64,000 bases of DNA from the human T2T-CHM13v2.0 reference genome, Homo sapiens. The position numbers and the translations under genes were made by a program. The DNA is taken from the NCBI RefSeq assembly GCF_009914755.1, contig NC_060948.1. One strand, given 5' to 3'. Shown here in pieces: positions 1 to 14,000 of this stretch. Below the pieces are notes generated by a model. It was not told the origin of the DNA and ran no database searches. It worked only from the letters and a program-made list of their open reading frames with translations. How positions within the stretch are numbered: position 1 is the first letter of the stretch; every line of letters begins with the position of its first letter.

Positions 1-382
1 ATGGAATGGAATGGAATGGGATGGAATGGTATGGAATGGATAATAATGGACTGGAGTGAAATGGACTGGAAAGGAATGGACTCAAATTGAAAGGGCTCGA
101 AAGGAATGGAGACAAATGGAATGGTCTGGAATGGAATGAACACGAATGTAATGCAATCCAATAGAATAGAGTCGAATGGCATGGAATATAAAGAAATGGA
201 ATCGAAGAGAATAGAAACAAATGGAATGGAATTGAATGGAATGGAATTGAATGGAATGGGAACGAATGGAGTGAAATTGTATGCAGTAGAAGAGAATAGA
301 ATGGAATGCAAGCGAAAGGAAAGGAATGGATTGGAATGGAATGGAATTCATTGGAATGGAAGGGAATGTAGTGTAATGGACA
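1..382 (+). repeat. Partial DYZ1 unit (3' end, truncated by window start)
   Basis: Matches 7099-7480, including the private GGATAATAATGG variant. Confidence 0.92.
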
Positions 383-400
383 GGCCTGGAATAAAGTGGA
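247..400. other. Classic DYZ1 sexing-PCR target (154 bp here), repeated once per unit
   Basis: TTGAATGGAATGGGAACGAATGG at 247-269 and GGACAGGCCTGGAATAAAGTGGA at 378-400 (reverse complement TCCACTTTATTCCAGGCCTGTCC). These match, from memory, the Y1.2/Y1.1 primers for Y-specific amplification. The segment contains the EcoRI site GAATTC at 344-349. Confidence 0.8.
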
Positions 401-757
401 ATGCTACGGTCTCGAGTGGAATAAAAATGTATGGATTGGAATGCAATGAAACGGAATCGAATGTCATAGAATGTAATGGAATGCAAAAAAATGGAATCCG
501 AAATCATTGACTGGAAAGGCTGGGTGTCGAAAGGAATTGACTCCAATGGAATGGAATCGAATGGAATGGAAGTGAATAGAATCGAACTAAATCGAATGGA
601 ATGGAATTGATAGGAACGGAATGGAAAGGAATGCAATGATTTGGCACGGAATGGAATCGAATGGCATCGAATGGAATGGAATGGAATGCAGTGGAATGGA
701 ATGTATTAGAATGTAATGAACTTTAATGGAATGTACTCGAAAGGATTTGACTGGAAT

Positions 758-772
758 GGAATGTTCTGGAAG
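758..772. promoter_or_regulatory. Perfect 3-unit heat-shock element motif, site A (gGAAtgTTCtgGAAg); equivalent site in all 18 units
   Basis: Matches the HSF1 consensus nGAAnnTTCnnGAAn. The motif is seen directly; function is inferred. Confidence 0.55.
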
Positions 773-1037
773 TGAATGGACTCCAATGGAATGGATTCGA
801 AAGGAATGGAATCGTACGGAATGGAATCTAATGGAATGGAATTAAATGGAAATGAATCAAATTGAATAGCACGGAATTGAATTGAATGGAATGGAATGCA
901 ATGGAATCTAATGAAACGGAAAGGAAAGGAATGCAATGGAATGGAATGGGCTGGAATGGAAAGGAATCGAAACGAATGGAATGGAATCGAACTGAAGAGA
1001 CTGGAATGGAATGCACTGGAATGGAAGGGAGTGTAAT

Positions 1038-1052
1038 GGAAGGTTCTCGAAA
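1038..1052. promoter_or_regulatory. Perfect 3-unit heat-shock element motif, site B (gGAAggTTCtcGAAa); intact in 15 of 18 units
   Basis: Matches nGAAnnTTCnnGAAn. TTC is changed to ATC in U8, U10 and U12. Confidence 0.5.
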
Positions 1053-3931
1053 AAAATGGAATCGAATGGAATGGAATTGAGTGGAACGGAATAGAGTCGA
1101 ATGGAATTGAATGGAATGGAATGGACTAGAGTGAAATGGAATCGAACCACAAGGAATGGACAGGAATAGAATGGTCTCGAATTGAATGGAATCGTATGGA
1201 ATGGCATCAAACGGAATGGAATGGACAGCCACGGAATGGAATGCACTCGAATGCAATGGAGTCGAAACTAATGGACTGGAATAGAATGGACTCGACTGGT
1301 ACGGACTCCAATGGAATGGAATCGAATGGAAGGGAATCGAACGGAATGGACTCGAAGGGAAAAGACTGCAATGGAAAGGTCTCGAATGGAATGGAAATTA
1401 ATGGAATGGAATGGAATCGAATGAAATGGAGTCAAAAGGAATGGAATCGAATGGCAAGAAATCGAATGTAATGGAATCGCAAGGAATTGATATGGACGGA
1501 ACGGAATGGAATGGAATCCAAAGGAATGGAATAGAATGGAATGGAATCGAATGGAAAGGACTCGAATGGAAATCACTCGAATAGAATGCAATTTAATAAA
1601 ATAGGATCAAATGTAATGGAATGGAATGGAAAGGAATCGAAACGAAAGGAATGGAGACAGATGGAATGGAATGGAACAGATAGCAATGGTATACAATGGA
1701 ATGGAATCATCTGGAATGGAATTGAATGGAATGGAATAATATGAAATGGAATGGAATGGAATGGAATGGAATGCCCTTGAATTAAATGGACTGGACTCGA
1801 ACAGAGTGGAATGGAAAGTGTTGAGATAGAATGGAATGGACTCCTTTGGAATGGTCTAGTATGCAATGCAATCGACTGGCAGGGAATCAAAAGGAATGTA
1901 ATGGAATGGATTGGACTGGAATGCAATGGACTCGAATAGATTGCAAACGGAATGCAAAGGAATGGAATGGAATAGTATGGAATGGAATGGAAAGGAATGG
2001 AGTGGAATAGACTAGAGTGGAATGGAATGGACTGGAAAGCAATGGACTGGAATGAAACTTTCTTGAATGGACTGGAATCAAACGGAATGGAATGCAATGC
2101 AATCAAATGGCATGGAATAAGATAGAATGAAAGAGAATCAAATGGAATTGAATCGAATGGAATCGAATGGATTGGAAAGGAAGAGAATGGAATGGAATGG
2201 AATTGACTCAAATGGAATGGACTAGAATGGAATGGATTCGAATGGAAGGCAAAGGAATGGAATCTATTGGAATGGACTGTAATGGAATGGAATGGAAGGG
2301 ATTGGAATGGACTCGAATGGAATGGACTGCAATAGAAAGGATTCGAATGGAATGAAAAAGAATTGAATGGAATAGAACAGAATGGAATCAAATCGAATGA
2401 AATGGAATGGAATAGAAAGGAATGGAATGAAATGGAATGGAAAGGATTCGAATGGAATGCAATCGAATGGAATGGAATCGAACGGAATGGAATAAAATGG
2501 AAGAAAACTGGCAAGAAATGGAATCGAAATGAATGGAGTGTTATGGAACGGACTCAAAAGGAATTGAATGTAATAGAATGGAGTGGAGTGAACTCGAATA
2601 TAATGGACTGGAATGGAATGAAATCACATGGAATGGGAACGAATGGAATGGAATGGAAAGGAATGGAATCGAATGGAAAGGAATCGAACGGAAGGGAATG
2701 AAATTGAATCAACAGGAATGGAAGGGAATAGAATAGACTGTAATGGAATGGACACGAATAGAATGGACACGAATGCTCAAATTGAATGGACTCGAATGGA
2801 ATGGAAAGGAAAGGAAAGTCATCGAATGGAATTGAATCGATTGGAATGAAATCGCATAGAATGGAGTGGAATCAAATGGAATTGAATCGAAAGGAAAGGA
2901 AGCGAATGGACTGAAATGAAATGGAATGGAATGGAATGGAAAGTAACGCAATGGAATAGAATGGAAAGAAATTTCACGGAATGGAATCAAACTGAATGGA
3001 ATCAAATCAATGGAATCTAATCAAATGGAATGGAAAGGAATTGAATGGAGTATATTGGATTGGATGGGATTGGAATGAAATGTACTGGAAAGGACTCGAA
3101 TTTCATGAAACGGAATGGAATGAATTGGAACGGAATGGACTCGAATGGAATGGAATGACATGGAATGGCATCAAATGGAATGGCATCAAATGGAATGGAA
3201 TCGAATACAATGGAATGCTATGGAATGGAATGGAATGCATTGGAATGGAATGTCCTCTAATGGAATGGATTCGAGTGGAATGGAATCGAATATAATGGAG
3301 TCGAATGAAATGGAATTGAAAGGAATGGGATCGAATAGAATGGAATATACTGGAATGTAATGTAATGAACTCGAATGTAATTGACTGGAATGGAATGTAC
3401 ATGAATGGAATGTAATCGAATGGAAAGTAATCCAATGGAATAGAATCTAATGCAATAAAATCGACTCAGATAGAGTAGAATGTAATGGAATGGAGTGCAG
3501 TGCAATGGAATGGAATGGAATGGAATGCAATGGAATGGAATGGAATGGAATGGAATGGGATGGAATGGGGTGGAATGGTATGGAATGGATAGTAATGGAC
3601 TGGAGTGAAATGGACTGGAAAGGAATGGACTCAAATTGAAAGGGCTCGAAAGGAATGGAGACAAATGAAATGGTCTGGAATGGAATGAACACGAATGTAA
3701 TGCAATCCAATAGAATGGAGTCGAATGGCATGGAATATAAAGAAATGGAATCGAAGAGAATGGAAACAAATGGAATGGAATTGAATGGAATGGAATTGAA
3801 TGGAATGGGAACGAATGGAGTGAAATTGTATGCAGTAGAAGAGAATAGAATGGAATGCAAGCGAAAGGAAAGGAATGGATTGGAATGGAATGGAATTCAT
3901 TGGAATGGAAGGGAATGTAGTGTAATGGACA

Positions 3932-6900
3932 GGCCTGGAATAAAGTGGAATGCTACGGTCTCAAATAGAATAAAAATGTATGGAATGGAATGCAATGAAA
4001 CGGAATCGAATGTCATAGAATGTAATGGAATGCAAAAAAATGGAATCCAAAATCATTGACTGGAAAGGCTGGGTGTCGAAAGGAATTGACTCCAATGGAA
4101 TGGAATCGAATGGAATGGAAGTGAATAGAATCGAACTAAATCGAATGGAATGGAATTGATAGGAACGGAATGGAAAGGAATGCAATGATTTGGCATGGAA
4201 TGGAATCGAATGGCATCGAATGGAATGGAATGGAATGCAATGGAATGGAATGTATTAGAATGTAATGAACTTTAATGGAATGTACTCGAATGGATTCGAC
4301 TGGAATGGAATGTTCTGGAAGTGAATGGACTCCAATGGAATGGATTCAAAAGGAATGGAATCGTACGGAATGGAATCTAATGGAATGGAATTAAATGGAA
4401 ATGAATCAAATTGAATAGCACGGAATTGAATTGAATGGAATCGAATGCAATGGAATCTAATGAAACGGAAAGGAAAGGAATGGAATGGAATGGAATGGGC
4501 TGGAATGGAAAGGAATCGAAACGAATGGAATGGAATCGAACTGAAGAGACTGGAATGGAATGCACTGGAATGGAAGGGAGTGTAATGGAAGGTTCTCGAA
4601 AAAAATGGAATCGAATGGAATGGAATTGAATGGAACGGAATAGAGTCGAATGGAATTGAATGGAATGGAATGGACTAGAGTGAAATGGAATCGAACCACA
4701 AGGAATGGACAGGAATAGAATGGTCTCGAATTGAATGGAATCGTATGGAATGGCATCAAACGGAATGGAATGGACAGCCACGGAATGGAATGCACTCGAA
4801 TGCAATGGAGTCGAAACTAATGGACTGGAATAGAATGGATTCGACTGGTACGGACTCCAATGGAATGGAATCGAATGGAAGGGAATCGAACGGAATGGAC
4901 TCGAAGGGAAAAGACTGCAATGGAAAGGTCTCGAATGGAATGGAAATTAATGGAATGGAATGGAATCGAATGAAATGGAGTCAAAAGGAATGGAATCGAA
5001 TGGCAAGAAATCAAATGTAATGGAATCGCAAGGAATTGATGTGAACGGAACGGAATGGAATGGAATCCAAAGGAATGGAATAGAATGGAATGGAATCGAA
5101 TGGAAAGGACTCGAATGGAAATCACTCGAATAGAATGCAATTTAATAAAATAGGATCAAATGTAATGGAATGGAATGGAAAGGAATCGAAACGAAAGGAA
5201 TGGAGACCGATGGAATGGAATGGAACAGAGAGCAATGGTATAGAATGGAATGGAATCATCTGGAATGGAATTGAATGGAATGGAATAATATGAAATGGAA
5301 TGGAATGGAATGGAATGGAATGCCCTTGAATTAAATGGACTGGAATGGAATGGACTCGAACACAGTGGAATGGAAAGTGTTGAGATAGAATGGAATGGAC
5401 TCCTTCGGAATGGTGTAGTATGCAATGCAATCGACTGGCAGGGAATCAAAAGGAATGTAATGGAATGGATTGGACTGGAATGCAATGGACTCGAATAGAT
5501 TGGAAACGGAATGCAAAGGAATGGAATGGAATAGTATGGAATGGAATGGAAAGGAATGGAGTGGAATAGACTAGAGTGGAATGGAATGGACTGGAAAGCA
5601 ATGGACTGGAATGGAACTTTCTTGAATGGACTGGAATCAAACGGAATGGAATGCAATGCAATCAAATGGCATAGAATAAGATAGAATGAAAGAGAATCAA
5701 ATGGAATTGAATGGAATGGAATCGAATGGATTGGAAAGGAATAGAATGGAATGGAATGGAATTGACTCAAATGGAATGGACTAGAATGGAATGGATTCGA
5801 ATGGAAGGCAAAGGAATGGAATCTATTGGAATGGACTGTAATGGAATGCAATGGAAGTGATTGGAATGGACTCGAATGGAATGGACTGCAATAGAAAGGA
5901 TTCGAATGGAATGAAAAAGAATTGAATGGAATAGAACAGAATGGAATCAAATCGAATGAAATGGAATGGAATAGAAAGGAATGGAATGAAATGGAATGGA
6001 AAGGATTCGAATGGAATGCAAACGAATGGAATGGAATCGAACGGAATGGAATAAAATGGAAGAAAACTGGCAAGAAATGGAATCGAAATGAATGGAGTGT
6101 TATGGAAGGGACTCAAAAGGAATTGAATGTAATAGAATGGAGTGGAGTGGACTCGAATATAATGGACTTGAATGGAATGAAATCACATGGAATGGGAACG
6201 AATGGAATGGAATGGAAAGGAATGGAATCGAATGGAAAGGAATCGAATGGAAGGGAATGAATTTGAACCAACAGGAATGGAAGGGAATAGAATAGACCGT
6301 AATGGAATGGACTCGAATAGAATGGACACGAATGCTCAAATTGAATGGACTCGAATGGAATGGAAACGAAAGGAATGTCATCGAATGGAATTGAATCGAT
6401 TGGAATGAAATCGCATAGAATGGAGTGGAATCAAATGGAATTGAATCGAAAGGAAAGGAAGCGAATGGACTGAAATGAAATGGAATGGAATTGAATGGAA
6501 AGTAATGCAATGGAATAGAATGGAACGAAATTTCACGGAATGGAATCAAACTGAATGGAATCAAATCAATGGAATCTAATCAAATGGAATGGAAAGGAAT
6601 TGAATGGAGTAGATTGGATTGGATGGGATTGGAATGAAATGTACTGGAAAGGACTCGAATTTCATGAAACGGAATGGAATGAATTGGAACGGAATGGACT
6701 CGAATGGAATGGAATGTCATGGAATGGCATCAAATGGAATGGCATCAAATGGAATGGAATCGAATGCAATGGAATGCTATGGAATGGAATGGAATGCATT
6801 GGAATGGAATGTCCTCTAATGGAATGGATTCGAGTGGAATGGAATCGAATATAATGGAGTCGAATGAAATGGAATTGAAAAGAATGGGATCGAATACAAT

Positions 6901-7480
6901 GGAATATACTGGAATGTAATGTAATGAACTCGAATGTAATTGACTGGAATGGAATGTATATGAATGGAATGTAATCGAATGGAAAGTAATCCAATGGAAT
7001 AGAATCTAATGCAATAAAATCGACTCAGATAGAGTAGAATGTAATGGAATGGAGTGCAGTGCAATGGAATGGAATGGAATGGAATGCAATGGAATGGAAT
7101 GGAATGGAATGGAATGGGATGGAATGGTATGGAATGGATAATAATGGACTGGAGTGAAATGGACTGGAAAGGAATGGACTCAAATTGAAAGGGCTCGAAA
7201 GGAATGGAGACAAATGGAATGGTCTGGAATGGAATGAACACGAATGTAATGCAATCCAATAGAATAGAGTCGAATGGCATGGAATATAAAGAAATGGAAT
7301 CGAAGAGAATAGAAACAAATGGAATGGAATTGAATGGAATGGAATTGAATGGAATGGGAACGAATGGAGTGAAATTGTATGCAGTAGAAGAGAATAGAAT
7401 GGAATGCAAGCGAAAGGAAAGGAATGGATTGGAATGGAATGGAATTCATTGGAATGGAAGGGAATGTAGTGTAATGGACA
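3932..7480 (+). repeat. DYZ1 monomer U2 (3549 bp)
   Basis: GGCC-to-GGCC interval. Confidence 0.93.
5613..5627. promoter_or_regulatory. Perfect 3-unit heat-shock element motif, site C (gGAActTTCttGAAt); intact in 16 of 18 units
   Basis: Matches nGAAnnTTCnnGAAn. The first GAA is changed to AAA in U1 (~2055) and U3 (~9153). Confidence 0.5.
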
Positions 7481-10400
7481 GGCCTGGAATAAAGTGGAAT
7501 GCTACGGTCTCGAGTGGAATAAAAATGTATGGATTGGAATGCAATGAAACGGAATCGAATGTCATAGAATGTAATGGAATGCAAAAAAATGGAATCCGAA
7601 ATCATTGACTGGAAAGGCTGGGTGTCGAAAGGAATTGACTCCAATGGAATGGAATCGAATGGAATGGAAGTGAATAGAATCGAACTAAATCGAATGGAAT
7701 GGAATTGATAGGAACGGAATGGAAAGGAATGCAATGATTTGGCACGGAATGGAATCGAATGGCATCGAATGGAATGGAATGGAATGCAGTGGAATGGAAT
7801 GTATTAGAATGTAATGAACTTTAATGGAATGTACTCGAAAGGATTTGACTGGAATGGAATGTTCTGGAAGTGAATGGACTCCAATGGAATGGATTCGAAA
7901 GGAATGGAATCGTACGGAATGGAATCTAATGGAATGGAATTAAATGGAAATGAATCAAATTGAATAGCACGGAATTGAATTGAATGGAATGGAATGCAAT
8001 GGAATCTAATGAAACGGAAAGGAAAGGAATGCAATGGAATGGAATGGGCTGGAATGGAAAGGAATCGAAACGAATGGAATGGAATCGAACTGAAGAGACT
8101 GGAATGGAATGCACTGGAATGGAAGGGAGTGTAATGGAAGGTTCTCGAAAAAAATGGAATCGAATGGAATGGAATTGAGTGGAACGGAATAGAGTCGAAT
8201 GGAATTGAATGGAATGGAATGGACTAGAGTGAAATGGAATCGAACCACAAGGAATGGACAGGAATAGAATGGTCTCGAATTGAATGGAATCGTATGGAAT
8301 GGCATCAAACGGAATGGAATGGACAGCCACGGAATGGAATGCACTCGAATGCAATGGAGTCGAAACTAATGGACTGGAATAGAATGGACTCGACTGGTAC
8401 GGACTCCAATGGAATGGAATCGAATGGAAGGGAATCGAACGGAATGGACTCGAAGGGAAAAGACTGCAATGGAACGGTCTCGAATGGAATGGAAATTAAT
8501 GGAATGGAATGGAATCGAATGAAATGGAGTCAAAAGGAATGGAATCGAATGGCAAGAAATCGAATGTAATGGAATCGCAAGGAATTGATATGGACGGAAC
8601 GGAATGGAATGGAATCCAAAGGAATGGAATAGAATGGAATGGAATCGAATGGAAAGGACTCGAATGGAAATCACTCGAATAGAATGCAATTTAATAAAAT
8701 AGGATCAAATGTAATGGAATGGAATGGAAAGGAATCGAAACGAAAGGAATGGAGACAGATGGAATGGAATGGAACAGATAGCAATGGTATACAATGGAAT
8801 GGAATCATCTGGAATGGAATTGAATGGAATGGAATAATATGAAATGGAATGGAATGGAATGGAATGGAATGCCCTTGAATTAAATGGACTGGACTCGAAC
8901 AGAGTGGAATGGAAAGTGTTGAGATAGAATGGAATGGACTCCTTTGGAATGGTCTAGTATGCAATGCAATCGACTGGCAGGGAATCAAAAGGAATGTAAT
9001 GGAATGGATTGGACTGGAATGCAATGGACTCGAATAGATTGGAAACGGAATGCAAAGGAATGGAATGGAATAGTATGGAATGGAATGGAAAGGAATGGAG
9101 TGGAATAGACTAGAGTGGAATGGAATGGACTGGAAAGCAATGGACTGGAATGAAACTTTCTTGAATGGACTGGAATCAAACGGAATGGAATGCAATGCAA
9201 TCAAATGGCATGGAATAAGATAGAATGAAAGAGAATCAAATAGAATTGAATCGAATGGAATCGAATGGATTGGAAAGGAAGAGAATGGAATGGAATGGAA
9301 TTGACTCAAATGGAATGGACTAGAATGGAATGGATTCGAATGGAAGGCAAAGGAATGGAATCTATTGGAATGGACTGTAATGGAATGGAATGGAAGGGAT
9401 TGGAATGGACTCGAATGGAATGGACTGCAATAGAAAGGATTCGAATGGAATGAAAAAGAATTGAATGGAATAGAACAGAATGGAATCAAATCGAATGAAA
9501 TGGAATGGAATAGAAAGGAATGGAATGAAATGGAATGGAAAGGATTCGAATGGAATGCAATCGAATGGAATGGAATCGAACGGAATGGAATAAAATGGAA
9601 GAAAACTGGCAAGAAATGGAATCGAAATGAATGGAGTGTTATGGAACGGACTCAAAAGGAATTGAATGTAATAGAATGGAGTGGAGTGAACTCGAATATA
9701 ATGGACTGGAATGGAATGAAATCACATGGAATGGGAACGAATGGAATGGAATGGAAAGGAATGGAATCGAATGGAAAGGAATCGAACGGAAGGGAATGAA
9801 ATTGAATCAACAGGAATGGAAGGGAATAGAATAGACTGTAATGGAATGGACACGAATAGAATGGACACGAATGCTCAAATTGAATGGACTCGAATGGAAT
9901 GGAAAGGAAAGGAAAGTCATCGAATGGAATTGAATCGATTGGAATGAAATCGCATAGAATGGAGTGGAATCAAATGGAATTGAATCGAAAGGAAAGGAAG
10001 CGAATGGACTGAAATGAAATGGAATGGAATGGAATGGAAAGTAACGCAATGGAATAGAATGGAAAGAAATTTCACGGAATGGAATCAAACTGAATGGAAT
10101 CAAATCAATGGAATCTAATCAAATGGAATGGAAAGGAATTGAATGGAGTATATTGGATTGGATGGGATTGGAATGAAATGTACTGGAAAGGACTCGAATT
10201 TCATGAAACGGAATGGAATGAATTGGAACGGAATGGACTCGAATGGAATGGAATGACATGGAATGGCATCAAATGGAATGGCATCAAATGGAATGGAATC
10301 GAATACAATGGAATGCTATGGAATGGAATGGAATGCATTGGAATGGAATGTCCTCTAATGGAATGGATTCGAGTGGAATGGAATCGAATATAATGGAGTC

Positions 10401-11019
10401 GAATGAAATGGAATTGAAAGGAATGGGATCGAATAGAATGGAATATACTGGAATGTAATGTAATGAACTCGAATGTAATTGACTGGAATGGAATGTACAT
10501 GAATGGAATGTAATCGAATGGAAAGTAATCCAATGGAATAGAATCTAATGCAATAAAATCGACTCAGATAGAGTAGAATGTAATGGAATGGAGTGCAGTG
10601 CAATGGAATGGAATGGAATGGAATGCAATGGAATGGAATGGAATGGAATGGAATGGGATGGAATGGTATGGAATGGATGGTAATGGACTGGAGTGAAATG
10701 GACTGGAAAGGAATGGACTCAAATTGAAAGGGCTGGAAAGGAATGGAGTCAAATGGAATGGTCTGGAATGGAATGAACACGAAAGTAATGCAATCCAATA
10801 GAATGGAATCGAATGGCATGGAATATAATGAAATGGAATCGAAGAGAATGGAAACAAATGGAATGGAATTGAATGGAATGGAATTGAATGGAATGGGAAC
10901 GAATGGAGTGAAATTGTATGCAGTAGAAGGGAATAGAATGGAATGCAAGCGAAAGGAAAGGAATGGATTGGAATGGAATGGAATTCATTGGAATGGAAGG
11001 GAATGTAGTGTAATGGACA
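7481..11019 (+). repeat. DYZ1 monomer U3 (3539 bp), near-copy of U1
   Basis: GGCC interval; shares the XhoI site (7509 = 411+7098) and other U1 private variants. Confidence 0.93.
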
Positions 11020-14000
11020 GGCCTGGAATAAAGTGGAATGCTACGGTCTCGAATGGAATAAAAATGTATGGAATGGAATGCAATGAAACGGAATCGAATG
11101 TCATAGAATGTAATGGAATGCAAAAAAATGGAATCCAAAATCATTGACTGGAAAGGCTGGGTGTCGAAAGGAATTGACTCCAATGGAATGGAATCGAATG
11201 GAATGGAAGTGAATAGAATGGAACTAAATCGAATGGAATGGAATTGATAGGAACGGAATGGAAAGGAATGCAATGATTTGGCATGGAATGGAATCGAATG
11301 GCATCGAATGGAATGGAATGGAATGCAATGGAATGGAATGTATTAGAATGTAATGAACTTTAATGGAATGTACTCGAATGGATTCGACTGGAATGGAATG
11401 TTCTCGAAGTGAATGGACTCCAATGGAATGGATTCGAAAGGAATGGAATCTAATGGAATGGAATTAAATGGAAATGAATCAAATTGAATAGAACGGAATT
11501 GAATTGAATGGAATCGAATGCAATGGAATCTAATGAAACGGAAAGGAAAGGAATGGAATGGATTGGAATGGAATGGGCTGGAATGGAATGGAATCGAAAC
11601 GAATGGAATGGAATCGAACTGAAGAGACTGGAATGGAATGCACTGGAATGGAAGGGAATGTAATGGAAGGTTCTCGAAAAAAATGGAATCGAAAGGAATG
11701 GAATTGAATGGAACGGAATAGAGTCGAATGGAATTGAATGGAATGGAATGGACTAGAGTGAAATGGAATCGAACCACAAGGAATGGACAGGAATAGAATG
11801 GTCTCGAATTGAATGGAATCGTATGGAATGGCATCAATCGGAATGGAATGGACAGCCACGGAATGGAATGGACACCCACGGAATGGAATGCACTCGAATG
11901 CAATGGAGTCGACACTAATGGACTGGAATAGAATGGACTCGACTGATACGGACTCCAATGGAATGGAATCGAATGGAAGGGAATCGAACGGAATGGACTC
12001 GAAGGAAAAAGACTGCAATGGAAAGGTCTCCAATGGAATGGAAATTAATGGAATGGAATGGAATCGAATGAAATGGAGTCAAAAGGAATGGAATCGAATG
12101 GCAAGAAATCGAATGTAATGGAATCGCAAGGAATTGATGTGAACGGAACGGAATGGAATGGAATCCAAAGGAATGGAATAGAATGGAATGGAATCGAATG
12201 GAAAGGACTCGAATGGACATCACTCGAATAGAATGCAATTTAATAAAATAGGATCAAATGTAATGGAATGGAATGGAAAGGAATCGAAACGAAAGGAATG
12301 GAGACAGATGGAATGGAATGGAACAGAGAGCAATGGTATAGAATGGAATGGAATCATCTGGAATGGAATTGAATGGAATGGAATAATATGAAATGGAAAG
12401 GAATGGAATGGAATGCCCTTGAATTAAATGGACTGGAATGGAATGGACTCGAACAGAGTGGAATGGAAAGTGTTGAAATAGAATGGAATGGACTCGTTTG
12501 GAATGGTCTAGTAAGCAATGCAATCGACTGGCAGGGAATCAAAAGGAATGTAATCGAATGGATTGGACTGGAATGCAATGGACTCGAATAGATTGGAAAC
12601 GGAAAGCAAAGGAATGGAATGGAATAGTATGGAATGCAATGGAAAGGAATGGAGTGGAATAGACTAGAGTGGAATGGAATGGACTCGAAAGCAATGGACT
12701 GGAATGGAACTTTCTTGAATGGACTGGAATCAAACGGAATGGAATGCAATGCAATCAAATGGCATGGAATAAAATAGAATGAAAGAGAATGAAATGGAAT
12801 TGAATCGAATGGAATCGAATGGATTGGAAAGGAATAGAATGGAATGGAATGGAATTGACTCAAATGGAATGGACTAGAATGGAATGGATTCGAATGGAAG
12901 GCAAAGGAATGGAATCTATTGGAATGGACTGTAATGGAATGGAATGGAAGGGATTGGAATGGACTCGAATGGAATGGACTGCAATAGAAAGGATTCGAAT
13001 GGAATGAAAAAGAATTGAATGGAATAGAACAGAATGGAATCAAATCGAATGAAATGGAATGGAATAGAAAGGAATGGAATGAAATGGAATGGAAAGGATT
13101 CGAATTGAATGCAATCGAATGGAATGCAATCGAATGGAATGGAATCGAAAGGAATGGAATAAAATTGAAGAAAACTGGCAAGAAATGGAGTCGAAATGAA
13201 TGGAGTGTTATGGAACCGACTCAAAAGGAATTGAATGTAATAGAATGGAGTGGAGTGGACTCGAATATAATGGACTGGAATGGAATGAAATCACATGGAA
13301 TGGGAACGAATGGAATGGAATGGAAAGGAATGGAATAGAATGGAAAGGAATCGAATGGAAGGGAATGAAATTGAATCAACAGGAATGGAAGGGAGTAGAA
13401 TAGACGGTAATGGAATGGACTCGAATAGAATGGACACGAATGCTCAAATTGAATGGACTCGAATGGAATGGAAACGAAAGGAATGTCATCGAATGGAATT
13501 GAATCGATTGGAATGAAATCACATAGAATGGAGTGGAATCAAATGGAATTGAATCGAAAGGAAAGGAAGCGAATGGACTGAAATGAAATGGAATGGAATT
13601 GAATGGAAATTAATGCAATGGAATAGAATGGAACGAAATTTCACGGAATGGAATCAAACTGAATGGAATCAAATCAATGGAATCAAATCAAATGGAATGG
13701 AAAGGAATTGAATGGAGTAGATTGGATTGGATGGGATTGGAATGAAATGTACTGGAAAGGACTCGAATTTCATGAAACGGAATGGAATGAATTGGAACGG
13801 AATGGACTCGAATGGAATGGAATGTCATGGAATGGCATCAAATGGAATGGAATCGAATGCGATGGAATGCTATGGAATGGAATGGAATGCATTGGAATGG
13901 AATGTCCTCTAATGGAATGTATTCGAGTGGAATGGAATCGAATATAATGGAGTCTAATGAAATGGAATTGAAAGGAATGGGACCGAATACAATGGAATAT

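Larger units (their letters stand above)
383..3931 (+). repeat. DYZ1 monomer U1 (3549 bp)
   Basis: GGCC 383 to next GGCC 3932; private XhoI CTCGAG at 411. Confidence 0.93.

Noticed and set aside
106-510. Plus-strand MEWNG-repeat ORFs (60-151 aa)
   Set aside because: These are direct translations of (GGAAT)n with an ATG every 15 bp per frame. They are frameshifted in some units and are typical spurious satellite 'proteins'.
1573-2514. Long minus-strand ORFs (270-318 aa, HSIPF-rich) recurring in most units
   Set aside because: (CATTC)n has no stop codon in any frame, so long F/H/S/I/P ORFs are expected. Their ends vary between units, they are broken in U11 and U17, and they show no domain or gene structure.
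3050-3080. G-quadruplex potential at GGATTGGATGGGATTGG and GGCTGGGTG
   Set aside because: Mostly GG doublets without four G3 runs; no stronger than background for this satellite.
2960-3115. Additional HSE-like sites GAAATTTCACGG and GAATTTCATGAA
   Set aside because: Only two correctly spaced inverted units each, so they were not counted as perfect HSEs.
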